Assembly (NCBI GenBank): GCA_028826165.1
Contig: JAPDFW010000125.1
Span: 124,001-188,000, forward strand
Source of the DNA: Anaeramoeba ignava BMAN
Taxonomy: Eukaryota; Protista; Anaeramoebae
Reading direction: 5' to 3'
Length of the DNA stretch: 64,000 nucleotides
Shown: positions 25,742-36,779 of the stretch, one piece after another
Position numbering within the stretch: position 1 is the stretch's first letter
Layout: the number at the start of each line of letters is the position of its first letter
Notes under the pieces: model-generated
The model's input: the letters and a program-made list of their open reading frames with translations, nothing else
Database searches by the model: none
What the model was told of the DNA's origin: nothing
Program-made: the position numbers and the translations under genes

Positions 25742-28700
25742 ATGACAACTTTAAGAAAAGATAATTCAACACATACAATTTCTTCTGGAAAAAAAGAGAA
25801 AGTACAAAAAAAGAAAAGTAATTTAAAAAGAATTTCTTCAAGAAAAGGTTCAACAGTTAATACAGAAAAACAAGGAGAAAGAACACCAAGAGTAATTAAA
25901 AATTCAATTAAAAAATTCAATTAAAAAAATTCAATTAAAAATATTCAATTAAAAATTCAATTAAAAAATTCAATTAAAAAATTCAATTAAAAATATTCAA
26001 TTAAAAAATTCAATTAAAAAAAATTCAATTAAAAAAAAATTTAATTAAAAAATTCAATTAAATTTAGCGAGTTCCAAAAATTTATCTTGAAAAAGCAATT
26101 GAAAAGGTATTTTTTTTAATTCAAATTACCAATTTCCAAATTTAAATTATTTTTTTTTCCGTTTTATTTTTTTTTTTTTTACAAATTTTTTCTGTTTAGA
26201 TTGATACAAAAAGATATGAAAATCTTCTTGGTGAACTTAGATCAAAACCTGATAAAGATCTTGAAAATCTTGAAACTCTTGTAAATTTTTTTGAAGATCA
26301 ATTTAAAAATGCAAAATTATCGCCTCAACAAGAAGAAAAATTCCAAGAAATCGAAAGAAAAATGGGTTTGAATCAAATTCAAAATGAAAATGAAATTCAA
26401 AATCAAAATCAAATTCAAATTCAAATTCAAATTCAAATTCAAATTCAAATTCAAATTCAAAATCAAATTCAAATTCAAATTTAAAATTAAATTAAAATTC
26501 AAATTCAAATTCAAATTCAAATTCAAAATCAAAATTCAAAATTCATGTTTTTCTTTTCTATTATTTTGAATATAGATCTTCCAATATCATTATTAAATCC
26601 AACAATGGTAGAATCTTTACATCTTTTTATGTCTAGAATTCCAATGAATAGTGTTGGAAATTGTTTAAAAATTCTTGTTGAACGATTAGTAGATTTAGAG
26701 ACTTCACGTAAATAGAATGGAATAATAATTTTAAATTTAATAATAATTTTAAATATTATATTGAATAATAATTTTAAATATTATATTTAATAATAAATTT
26801 AATAATAAATTTAATAATAATTTTAATAATAATCTTAATAACAATCTTAATAACAATCTTAATAATAATTTTAAATATTATATTTAATAATAATTTTAAA
26901 TATTAATTTTAATAATAGTTTTAAATAATAATTTTAAATATTATATTTAATAATAATTTTAAATATTAATTTTAAATATTATATTTAATAATAAATTTAA
27001 TAATAATTTTAATAATAATTTTTAATATTATATTTAATAATAAATTTAATATTATATTTAATAATAAATTTAATATTATATTTAATAATAATTTTAAATA
27101 TTATATTTAAATAATAATTTTAATAATAATTTTAAATAATAATTTTAATAATAAATTTTAATAATAATCTTAATAACAATCTTAATAACAATCTTAATAA
27201 CAATTTTAAATATTATATTTAATAACAATTTTAAATATTATATTTAATAATAATTTTAAATAATAATTTTAAATATTATATTTAATAATAATTTTAAATA
27301 TTAATTTTAATAATTTTAAATAATAATTTAAATAATATAGAAAATTCAAGTCCAAATATTAGAGGTTTTGGAATTAGAATGATTATCCAAATTATTTTAA
27401 GAATGAAAAATCTTACTTTTCTTAAAGATGCACAATTTAGAGAATTTATTATGGAAAAATTAACATTTAAAAATACAAAAATTAAAAAGAAAAGTCAATA
27501 TATTAAATTAATGAATGAATTAGTTTGGTTTCTTGCTCAATTTATTAGAACAGAAGGATTTTGGCTTTTACAAAGTATCTCAAAAAAATATATTTTTATT
27601 TTGAAAAAATTTGAATTTTTTTATTAAAATTATTTCTTTTTTTTTTTAAGCTTGGCTTGAATTTGTCACTCCAATTATATTAAATCCAGATATTCCATTA
27701 GAATCTATTCTTAATCTTTGCAAATTATTTGAATATTTAATGGATTCAGGAGAGTAAATTAAAATTCATTCAAAATTTAAATTTAAAATTAAATTTAAAA
27801 TTAATATTAAAATTAAAATTAAAATTAAAATTAAAATTCAATCAAAATTAAAATTAAAATTAAAATTAAAATTAAAATTAATATTAAAATCAAAATTAAA
27901 ATTAAAATTTAAATTTAAAATTAAAATTAAAATTAAAATTTAAATTAAAATTTGAATTAAAATTTAAATTTAAATTTAAAATTAAAATTAATATTAAAAT
28001 TCATTCAAAATTAAAATTAAAATTAATATTAAAATTCATTCAAAATTAAAATTAAAATTAAAATTAAATTTAAATTTAAAATTAAAATCAGATTTTCAGA
28101 AGATCAAAATTTCCAAGAAAAAATATCACCACCTTATCTTGCAGATTTTCTTCTTGTAATGGAATCTCTGTCTGATCAAATTGCATTTTTAGAACAAAAT
28201 TCAATAGATGCATATGATACACTTCAAACAACTTATCAAGAAGATGTAAAAATGTTACTTGAAGCAAAAAAATGTCTTGATAATTGCCTTCCAGAAGTTG
28301 AGAAACTTTCTTTATTTTCTAAAAAAACTTCACCTCATGTTTATTTTAAAGCATTATTACAAACAATCTCTCTTCATCAACTAAAAAAATCAAGAATTAT
28401 TGATTATCTTATTGAAATCATTCATCAAGATCCTAATGGTTTTAAACAATGGAAACAAGATTATCCTTCTATTATTCCTCAATCTAATTTATTACTTGAA
28501 TATATATTAAGAAATTTTAGTGATTTGAAAGAAAAAGTAATATTTTAATTTTAATTTTAATTTTAATATTAATTTTAATTTAAATTTTATTTTTAATTTT
28601 AATTTTAATTTAAATTTTAATTTTAATTTTGAATGAATTTTAATTTTGATTTTAATTTTAATTTTAATTTTAATTTTTAATTATAATAGTTAGATTCAAC

Positions 28701-28983
28701 TCTTTTATTAGCAACAATCCAAAAATTTATACTTATTAATACTCAAATTCTTACTTGCGTTTTTCCTCAAAATGATGATCTTGAAAATACATTTGATCTT
28801 CAAAAAATTAGACTTCCTGAAGTCAAACAATCAACTCTTTTATGTAAAAAATTAAAGAAACAACTTCTTTCAAAATTTCGTCTTCCTAAAAAATTTAATT
28901 TTTGGATCTTGTCTTTTTTTGTTGGATTTATTTTATTTGCAATTATTTTTTGGTTCACTTTAAAAATTTTTAAAAAGAAATAA
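25742..28983 (+). CDS. TMEM214/DUF2359-like ER membrane protein, 8 exons
   Basis: GIRMIIQIIL, LVWFLAQ, WLEFVTPII and FKQWKQDYPSIIPQSNLLLEYI match TMEM214 blocks; C-terminal TM then KKK. GT-AG introns 25891..26067, 26107..26199, 26366..26575, 26708..27340, 27575..27650, 27754..28091, 28537..28689 all restore frame. Confidence 0.7.
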
Positions 28984-29396
28984 TTAAAAAAAGTGGAACA
29001 AAAAAATTTATTCTTAATTAAAAAATGATTTCAAATTGATTTTAATTTTAATTTTGATTTTAATTTTAATTTTAATTTTAATTTTAATTTTAATTTTAAT
29101 TTTAATTTTGATTTTGATTTTGATTTTCATTTTCAAATTGATTTTCAAATTGATTTTCAATTTGATTATCATTTTCATTTTCATTTTCATTTTCATTTTG
29201 ATTTTCATTTTCATTTTCATTTTCATTTTGATTTTGATTTTTATTTTGATTTTGATTTTCATTTTGATTTTGATTTTCATTTTGATTTTCATTTTGATTT
29301 TCATTTTGATTTTCATTTTGATTTTCATTTTGATTTTGATTTTGATTTTGATTTTCATTTTGATTTTCATTTTGATTTTGATTTTGATTTTCATTT

Positions 29397-31061
29397 TCAT
29401 TTTTCATTTTGATTTTCATTTTGATTTTGATTTTCATTTTGATTTTGATTTTCATTTTGATTTTCATTTTGATTTTGATTTTGATTTTCATTTTGATTTT
29501 CATTTTCATTTTCATTTTCATTTTGATTTTCATTTTGATTTTGATTTTCATTTTCATTTTCATTTTCATTTTGATTTTGATTTTGATTTTCATTTTGATT
29601 TTCATTTTCATTTTGATTTTCAATTTGATTTTCATTTTGATTTTCAATTTGAATTTCATTTTCATTTTCAAATTGAATTTCATTTTCAAATTCATTTTCA
29701 TTTTCATTTTCATTTTCATTTTCATTTTCATCTTCATATTCATTTTCATTTTCTTCAATCATTTCATATTCAAAACTTTCTACTTCATCTGAACTCCAAC
29801 TAATTTCAACATTCTTCGTTATAACTTCAGAATCATTCAAAAAAGGGAATTGACCATTATAATCTAAACCAACTGAATCTGGAACTTTAGAAGAATTTTC
29901 ATTAAAATTATCAGAAAATTGAAAACCAATAAATTTTGAATCAGAATTTTCAAAATTGACTATTTGATCTGAAACCCAATCAAGTTCAACTTTTTTTGTT
30001 CCAAATCCAGAATCATCAAAAAAAGGAAATTGACCATCATAATCCAAATCAATTGAATTATCGATATCATTTTGTGTTTGAGAAATTTGAGGATTTGAAT
30101 CAGAAACTTTAAAACTTGTTTCAAACCATTTCTGTACATCTTCGTTCTTTACTTGTTCTGTTGTTTCAAGTTCTCCACTTAAATCACTCCATTCATCATT
30201 ATCTGATTCTTCTAAATTTTGAAATTGTGAACTTGCGAAAATATCTTGTAATCCATAAAATATAATATTATCATTTGGATTGAAAAAATGAGCATGACCT
30301 TCAATAATAATAGAATTTAAATCATTTGTAATTTGATCAGGAAATCCATAAAGATCATATTCGAAAGCATTTTTTTGATTTTCATTTTCAAATTGATTTT
30401 CATTTTCAAATTGAATTTTAAATTGATTTTCATTTTCATTTTCATTTTCATTTTCAAATTGAATTTCATTTTCAAATTGAATTTTAAATTGATTTTCATT
30501 TTCATTTTCATTTTCATTTTCAAATTGATTTTCAAATTGATTTTCATTTTCAAATTGAATTTCATTTTCAAATTGAATTTCATTTTCAAATTGATTTTTA
30601 AATTGATTTTGATTTTCAAATTGATTTTGATTTTCATTGCTTTCTCCATAAACCAAATTACAAATAATTCTTTTTTCACTTAATGCCTCATTCCCAATAT
30701 TTAATGAAGAATTAAATGTTTTAATTCCTAAAAAATTTGTTAATTCATAAATGTTTGATAAATTTAATCTAAAAAGATTGATTTGTTGAAAATTTGAAAA
30801 TGATTGAAATGATTGATTATGAAATTCAATTGAATTTGAAGTTGTTCCAATTAAAGAATATTGAAAAAAAGTTTGATTCAAAAGTGATTCTCTTTCTAAA
30901 AAAAGATTTGCAATTAAATTTTTTTTTTGTGATTGAATTTTTGGAAATTCATTGAAAATAGAAGAAATTTGTTTTAAAGATAAATAATGTTGTTCAACAT
31001 TAATAAATTTTTTTGGAGAAATTTTTGAACTACGTTTAATTAAAATAAAAGGGAAATTCAT
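29397..31061 (-). CDS. Unknown acidic protein with EN/QN and ENEIQF low-complexity tracts; may extend to about 29102 across a 1-nt indel
   Basis: 554-aa ORF with non-repetitive N-terminal and middle parts and an upstream TCATTT motif. No family recognised. Confidence 0.55.
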   Translation of the reverse strand: MNFPFILIKRSSKISPKKFINVEQHYLSLKQISSIFNEFPKIQSQKKNLIANLFLERESLLNQTFFQYSLIGTTSNSIEFHNQSFQSFSNFQQINLFRLNLSNIYELTNFLGIKTFNSSLNIGNEALSEKRIICNLVYGESNENQNQFENQNQFKNQFENEIQFENEIQFENENQFENQFENENENENENQFKIQFENEIQFENENENENENQFKIQFENENQFENENQKNAFEYDLYGFPDQITNDLNSIIIEGHAHFFNPNDNIIFYGLQDIFASSQFQNLEESDNDEWSDLSGELETTEQVKNEDVQKWFETSFKVSDSNPQISQTQNDIDNSIDLDYDGQFPFFDDSGFGTKKVELDWVSDQIVNFENSDSKFIGFQFSDNFNENSSKVPDSVGLDYNGQFPFLNDSEVITKNVEISWSSDEVESFEYEMIEENENEYEDENENENENENENEFENEIQFENENEIQIENQNENQIENQNENENQNENQNQNQNENENENENQNQNENQNENENENENQNENQNQNQNENQNENQNQNENQNQNENQNEK

Positions 31062-31120
31062 AAAAAGAAAAAAAAGAAAAAAATGAATTTTAAAAAATTG
31101 GAAAAAAAAAAATTTTTAAG

Positions 31121-33285
31121 TTAGATTTTTCTGATATATAACAACCTAATTAAAACAAAAAAAGGAACAATCAAAGCAAATTGGATTGCATTTGAAATGA
31201 TGTATTTGTTATGAAACCAAGTGGAAGTCATAATCAAAAGAGGATATTGTAAAAGAGAAAAAATGGCAGAAAGAAAAACGGAAATTCCAGTTAACTTTCC
31301 AAAATGTTTAAAAGGAAAAAGCTTTCCGAAGTATGAATACAATAACCCGTAGGTAGCAGGTTTGACAATAGAAATCAGGATAAAAGTAATGTATTGAATA
31401 TCAATGTTTGAAATTGAAGCAAAAATCAAGAAAAAAATGAACGTCATTTCGACAATGATAAAACAAAACCAAGTTCGAAATTTATCAAGTAAAACCCCAA
31501 AAATTGGAGTCATTACAAATCCAAAAGAAAGAAACCATGTGAAATTTTCTGTGAGTTGTTTCGATTTCTGAGAATCAATTGACTCTAATTGCATTTCAAC
31601 TGTTCCTAAATAAAAAACTATTATTAAATTTGCGGCTGAAAGAAACAATGTAAACCAAATAAATTCTTGTGTAAGTAATAATTTTATCAAGCCATCCTTT
31701 TTTGGTTCATCTTCCTCGTTCTTTTTTTCTAAAAGAAGCATGTCTTTTACTTGTTCTTCATTGTTGTATTCCTCAATTTTATTTTCAACTTCATTTTTTA
31801 TATTTTCAATTGAATTTTGTTTTTCTTTGGAAACTTCTTCATTTTTATCCACTAATATTGAATCCTTATCGTTAGATTGGCTTGTTTTATTATCCTTGTT
31901 TTGGTTTTGTTTTTCTTGTTGTAAATCAGAATTATTATTATTGCTATTTTTGTTTAAATTTTCTTCATTTTGTTCTGTTTCTTTATTTTTTGCATCAATT
32001 ATTTTCTCAGAATTTTCACTCATTTCTTGCGAATAGTTTTCATTAACATTATCAACATCATTGTCGAATGATTTTTTTGTTCCGTTTGTTGATGTTTCCT
32101 CTTCTAGATTTTCTTTTTTGTTCAAATTTGAATTTGCAAGATAAAAATTTTCATTTTCTTGATGATTTTCTTCAATTATTAATTGGTTTTCTGAATCTAA
32201 ACTTCCATAAACCTTGTTATTATTTTTGTTGAGATCATTCTTATTAATACGAGGAAAAGGTTTGTTTGGGAATAAAAAGGCTGTGAGTAATTGTATAGTT
32301 AAGAAGACAGAATATCCGATAAAAATTGCTTTCCAAGAAATTCCTTTTTCATAAAGATTCTATTTGTTTTGAAGTAAAAAATAAACAAGTATTTGTCATT
32401 AAATCATGCGCTGTTTTTTATCTTAAATTGTTTTGTCTTACTCTGAATAGTAGAAATATAAAAGCAGATGCTCCATATAATGCAGAAAATATTGTGAGAA
32501 TTGTTGATTCCCATCCAAAAAATAAATTCGCAATTGAAACATATCCAAAATTGATTGCAACTCCTCCTGAGCTTATTAAGTAAAATCCTGGGAAGTAACT
32601 ATCAAAAGCTATTTTATTTATTTTAATTTATTTGATTTTTTAATTTTTGGATTTTTTAATTTTTGGATTTTTTAATTTTTGGATTTTTTAATTTTTGGAT
32701 TTTAATCCAAACTCTTTGAATTGGCCCAAATTAAAAGTAATGAACCACTTAAAAGAAGAGAAGAACCAAGGATACAAGTTTTTCTTGGTCCAAATCTATC
32801 ATGAAATTCACCCCAAACATAAGAGCTAATTCCTAAATTTTGGAAAGGAAAAAATTATGAAAAAAGAAATGAATGAATAAAAAAATTTTTTTTTCTTTTC
32901 GGGATTTTTTTTTACCAATAACGCCAATACAAGTTGCAAAGATAAGATCTAATCTTTTCTTTTGTTCAAAACAGAGATCATCTTCAATAGAAGCCTTTTT
33001 TTTAAAACAAATTTTAAAAAAAATTCAATTATTAAAAAAATTCAATTATTAAAAAAATATCCCCAAAAAAATTTTTTCCAGATAATTTTTTCCATTTCAA
33101 AAAGAAACTTTATTTTAAATTTTTTACATTTTCACTACATAATGATTTATATTGATTTCTACTGGCTAGTATTAAAGAAATATTTGGCAACCAAATATAA
33201 TTCCTGATGTTAATAAAGATTGCATAGAAGATATTAACAATAAAATTATTCTAAATTTTTTTGAAATTTGGTATAAATTATGCAT
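31121..33285 (-). CDS. MFS transporter, SLC43/LAT3/FMP42-like; 4 introns; 1-nt frameshift in exon 1 near 33188
   Basis: SGIIFG(W)PNISLIL..YKSLC, CFEQKKRLDLIF, HDRFGPRKT, GVLLDKF, FPFKHFGKLTG; multiple TM segments. Confidence 0.8.
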
Positions 33286-33645
33286 AATCTATTTATTATT
33301 TTTTTTATTATTATCTATTTTCAAAAAAAAAAAAAATGAAAAAAATGAAAAAAATGATTTTCGAAATTAAATTTTTTTTTTGTTTAATTTTTTATTTTAA
33401 TTTTGATTTTGGATTTGAAAAAATATTTTTAGTTCTAAAATTGGTTTTAAAAAAAAAAGAAAAGAAAAAATCAAAACATAAACCAAAAGAACTAAAAAAA
33501 AAAAGAAAATGAATTTGAAATCAAATCCAAAAGAAAAAAAAATCAATTTGAAAAATTTGATGAAAGAAAAATCAATTTGAAAAATTTGATCAAAAAGAAG
33601 AAGAAATGAGAAGAAAAAAGAAAAAAAGTTTGAGAATTGTTTTCC

Positions 33646-34107
33646 TTATTTTTCCTTATTGCAGTTGCAATCTTTGCAATTACAAATTCCATCTTTGCAT
33701 TGACAATCTTTGCAATTACAATTCTCACATTTGCAATCTTTGGATTGACAATCTTTGCATTTACAGATTCCATCTTTACATTGACAATCTTTGCAAGTGC
33801 AATTCTCACATTTGCAATCTTTGGATTGACAATCTTTGCAATTACAGATTCCATCTTTGCATTGACAATCTTTACAAGTACAGTTATCACATTTGCAATC
33901 TTTGGATTGACAATCTTTGCATTTACAGATTCCATCTTTGCATTGACAATCTTTGCAATTACAATTCTCACATTTGCAATCTTTGTTGTTACATTTCTTT
34001 TTCTCAACTTTTTCTCTTGATTTGCATTCACAAGTACAAATTCCATCTTTCATTGTGCATTTGCAATCTTTGCAAGTACAATTTTCACATTTGCAAGTTT
34101 TTTCCAT
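33646..34107 (-). CDS. Modular metallothionein-like protein, copy 1
   Basis: 153 aa with 47 Cys by manual count, CxC motifs, no aromatic residues or His; five 9-Cys modules with a 27-aa period. Confidence 0.85.
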   Translation of the reverse strand: MEKTCKCENCTCKDCKCTMKDGICTCECKSREKVEKKKCNNKDCKCENCNCKDCQCKDGICKCKDCQSKDCKCDNCTCKDCQCKDGICNCKDCQSKDCKCENCTCKDCQCKDGICKCKDCQSKDCKCENCNCKDCQCKDGICNCKDCNCNKEK

Positions 34108-34417
34108 TTTAAAATTGTTTTTTATAAAAAAAGAATATTAAAAAAAATATAAAAAAGAAAAATGAAATGATTTTAAATGAAATAATTCTCTTTTATATTC
34201 ATTTTTTTCTTATTAAATTTTTGACGTTTTGCTTTTTCACCCTTTGATCAATTTAAGGGGGATTTAATTCACTTTTCATTTTTTAATTTATTTTTTTAAT
34301 TTAAAAATTAAATTTTAAAAGATGATTTGGCATTTACTTTTAGATTTAAAATTTATTTCAATTTTATTTTAAATTATATATTATATTTTAAAAATTTTGA
34401 TCAAATTTTTTATTATT

Positions 34418-34646
34418 AAATTTTCTTTTTATGATCTTATTTAAAAATATATATCTTCTAAATCCCCCTTTTCTAATCTAAAAGTAAAATAATATTTTAT
34501 TTATTAAATTATTAATTATTTATTAATTATTTATTTAATTTAAATTTATTTCAAATTATTAATTTTTTATTGTTAAATTTTCTTTTTATGATCTTATTTA
34601 AAAATATAAATGATTTAAATCCCCCTTTTATAATCTAAAAGTAAAA
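34418..34646. promoter_or_regulatory. Two copies of a 72-bp element upstream of metallothionein copy 1
   Basis: AAATTTTCTTTTTATGATCTTATTTAAAAATATA..TAAATCCCCCTTTT.TAATCTAAAAGTAAAA at 34418..34489 and 34575..34646. Regulatory role is inferred. Confidence 0.55.
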
Positions 34647-35159
34647 TATATTTTATTTCAATTTATTAATTATTTCTTAATCTAATTTTATTTTAAATTA
34701 TTAATTATTTTTTTATTGTTAAATTTTCAATTAAATTCAATATTTTAAATTTGGATTTTATTGTTAATTTTAATTTAGTTTTGTTTTTTAAAAAAAGAAA
34801 TCAAATTGATTAAAAAAATTTGATGAAAGAAAGGAAATAATTTCTGAAATAAATTTTTTTTTTGTTTAATTTTTTATTTTAATTTTGATTTTGGATTTGA
34901 AAAAATATTTTTAGTTCTAAAATTGGTTTTAAAAAAAAAAAGAAAAGAAAAAATCAAAACATAAACCAAAAGAACTAAAAAAAAAAAGAAATGAATTTGA
35001 AATCAAATCCAAAAGAAAAAAAATCAATTTGAAAAATTTGATGAAAGAAAAAATCAATTTGAAAAATTTGATGAAAGAAAAAAAATCAATTTGAAAAATT
35101 TGATCAAAAAGAAGAAGAAATGAGAAGAAAAAAGAAAAAAAGTTTGAGAATTGTTTTCC

Positions 35160-35621
35160 TTATTTTTCCTTATTGCAGTTGCAATCTTTGCAATTACAAA
35201 TTCCATCTTTGCATTGACAATCTTTGCAATTACAATTCTCACATTTGCAATCTTTGGATTGGCAATCTTTGCATTTACAGATTCCATCTTTACATTGGCA
35301 ATCTTTGCAAGTACAGTTATCACATTTGCAATCTTTGGATTGGCAATCTTTGCATTTACAGATTCCATCTTTGCATTGACAATCTTTGCAAGTACAGTTA
35401 TCACATTTGCAATCTTTGGATTGGCAATCTTTGCAAGTACAAATTCCATCTTTACATTGACAATCTTTGCAAGTACAATTCTCACATTTGCAATCTTTGT
35501 TGTTACATTTCTTTTTCTCAACTTTTTCTCCTGATTTGCATTCACAAATACAAATTCCATCTTTCATTGTGCATTTGCAATCTTTGCAAGTACAATTTTC
35601 ACATTTGCAAGTTTTTTCCAT
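35160..35621 (-). CDS. Modular metallothionein-like protein, copy 2
   Basis: Near-identical tandem paralog 1514 bp away, with duplicated flanks. Confidence 0.85.
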   Translation of the reverse strand: MEKTCKCENCTCKDCKCTMKDGICICECKSGEKVEKKKCNNKDCKCENCTCKDCQCKDGICTCKDCQSKDCKCDNCTCKDCQCKDGICKCKDCQSKDCKCDNCTCKDCQCKDGICKCKDCQSKDCKCENCNCKDCQCKDGICNCKDCNCNKEK

Positions 35622-35934
35622 TTTAAAATTGTTTTTATAAAAAAAAAGAATATTAAAAAAAATATAAAAAAGAAAAATGAAATGATTTTAAATGAAATAA
35701 TTCTCTTTTATATTCATTTTTTCTTATTAAATTTTTGACGTTTTGCTTTTTCACCCTTTGATCAATTTAAGGGGGATTTAATTCACTTTTCATTTTTTAA
35801 TTTATTTTTTTAATTTAAAAATTAAATTTTAAAAGATGATTTGGCATTTACTTTTAGATTTAAAATTTATTATTTCAAAATTATTTCAAATTATATATTA
35901 TATTTTAAAAATTTTGATCAAATTATTTATTGTT

Positions 35935-36685
35935 AAATTTTCTTTTTATGATCTTATTTAAAAATATATATCTTCTAAATCCCCCTTTTTTAATCTAAAA
36001 GTAAAATTTATTTTATTTAAATTTATTAATTATTAATTATTTCTAATTTTATTTAAATTTATTTCAAATTATTAATTATTTCTAATTTAATTTAATTTTA
36101 TTTCAAATTATTTATTTCTTATTTTAAATTTTCTTTTTATGATCTTATTTAAAAATATAAATATTCTAAATCCCCCCTTTTCTAATCTAAAAAGTAAAAA
36201 TATATTTTATTTATTAAATTTATTTCAAATTATTAATTATTTATTATTTTAATTTTATTAAATTTATTTCAAATTATTAATTTTTATTGTTAAATTTCCT
36301 TTTTATGATCTCATTTAAAAATATAAATCTTCTAAATCCCCCTTTTCTAATCTAAAAGTAAAATAATATTTTATTTATTAAATTATTAATTATTTATTAA
36401 TTTAATTTTATTTCAAATTATTTATTAATTTAATTTTATTTCAAATTATTTATTTCTTATTTTAAATTTTCTTTTTATGATCTTATTTAAAAATATAAAT
36501 GATTTAAATCCCCCTTTTATAATCTAAAAGTAAAATATATTTAATTTAAATTTAATTATTAATTATTTCTAATTTTATTTAAATTTATTTCAAATTATTA
36601 ATTATTTCTTGTTAAATTTCCTTTTTATGATCTTATTTAAAAATATAAATGATTTAAATCCCCCTTTTCTAATCTAAAAGTAAAA
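35935..36685. promoter_or_regulatory. Five copies of the same 72-bp element upstream of metallothionein copy 2
   Basis: Copies at about 35935, 36126, 36292, 36464 and 36614, separated by variable AT-rich spacers. Regulatory role is inferred. Confidence 0.55.
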
Positions 36686-36779
36686 TTTAATTTATTTATT
36701 AAATTTATTTCAAATTATTAATTATTTCTTAATCTAATTTTATTTAAATTTATTTCAAATTATTTATTAATTTCTTATT

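Noticed and set aside
33543-35626. Overlapping alternative-frame and antisense ORFs over the metallothioneins, including hydrophobic AIFA repeats
   Set aside because: Shadows of the 81-nt repeat; only the Cys frame has a coherent composition and the upstream promoter motif.
35935-36685. CRISPR-like array (conserved repeat with variable spacers)
   Set aside because: Repeats are 72 bp, spacers are low-complexity and similar to each other, there are no cas genes, and the context is eukaryotic.
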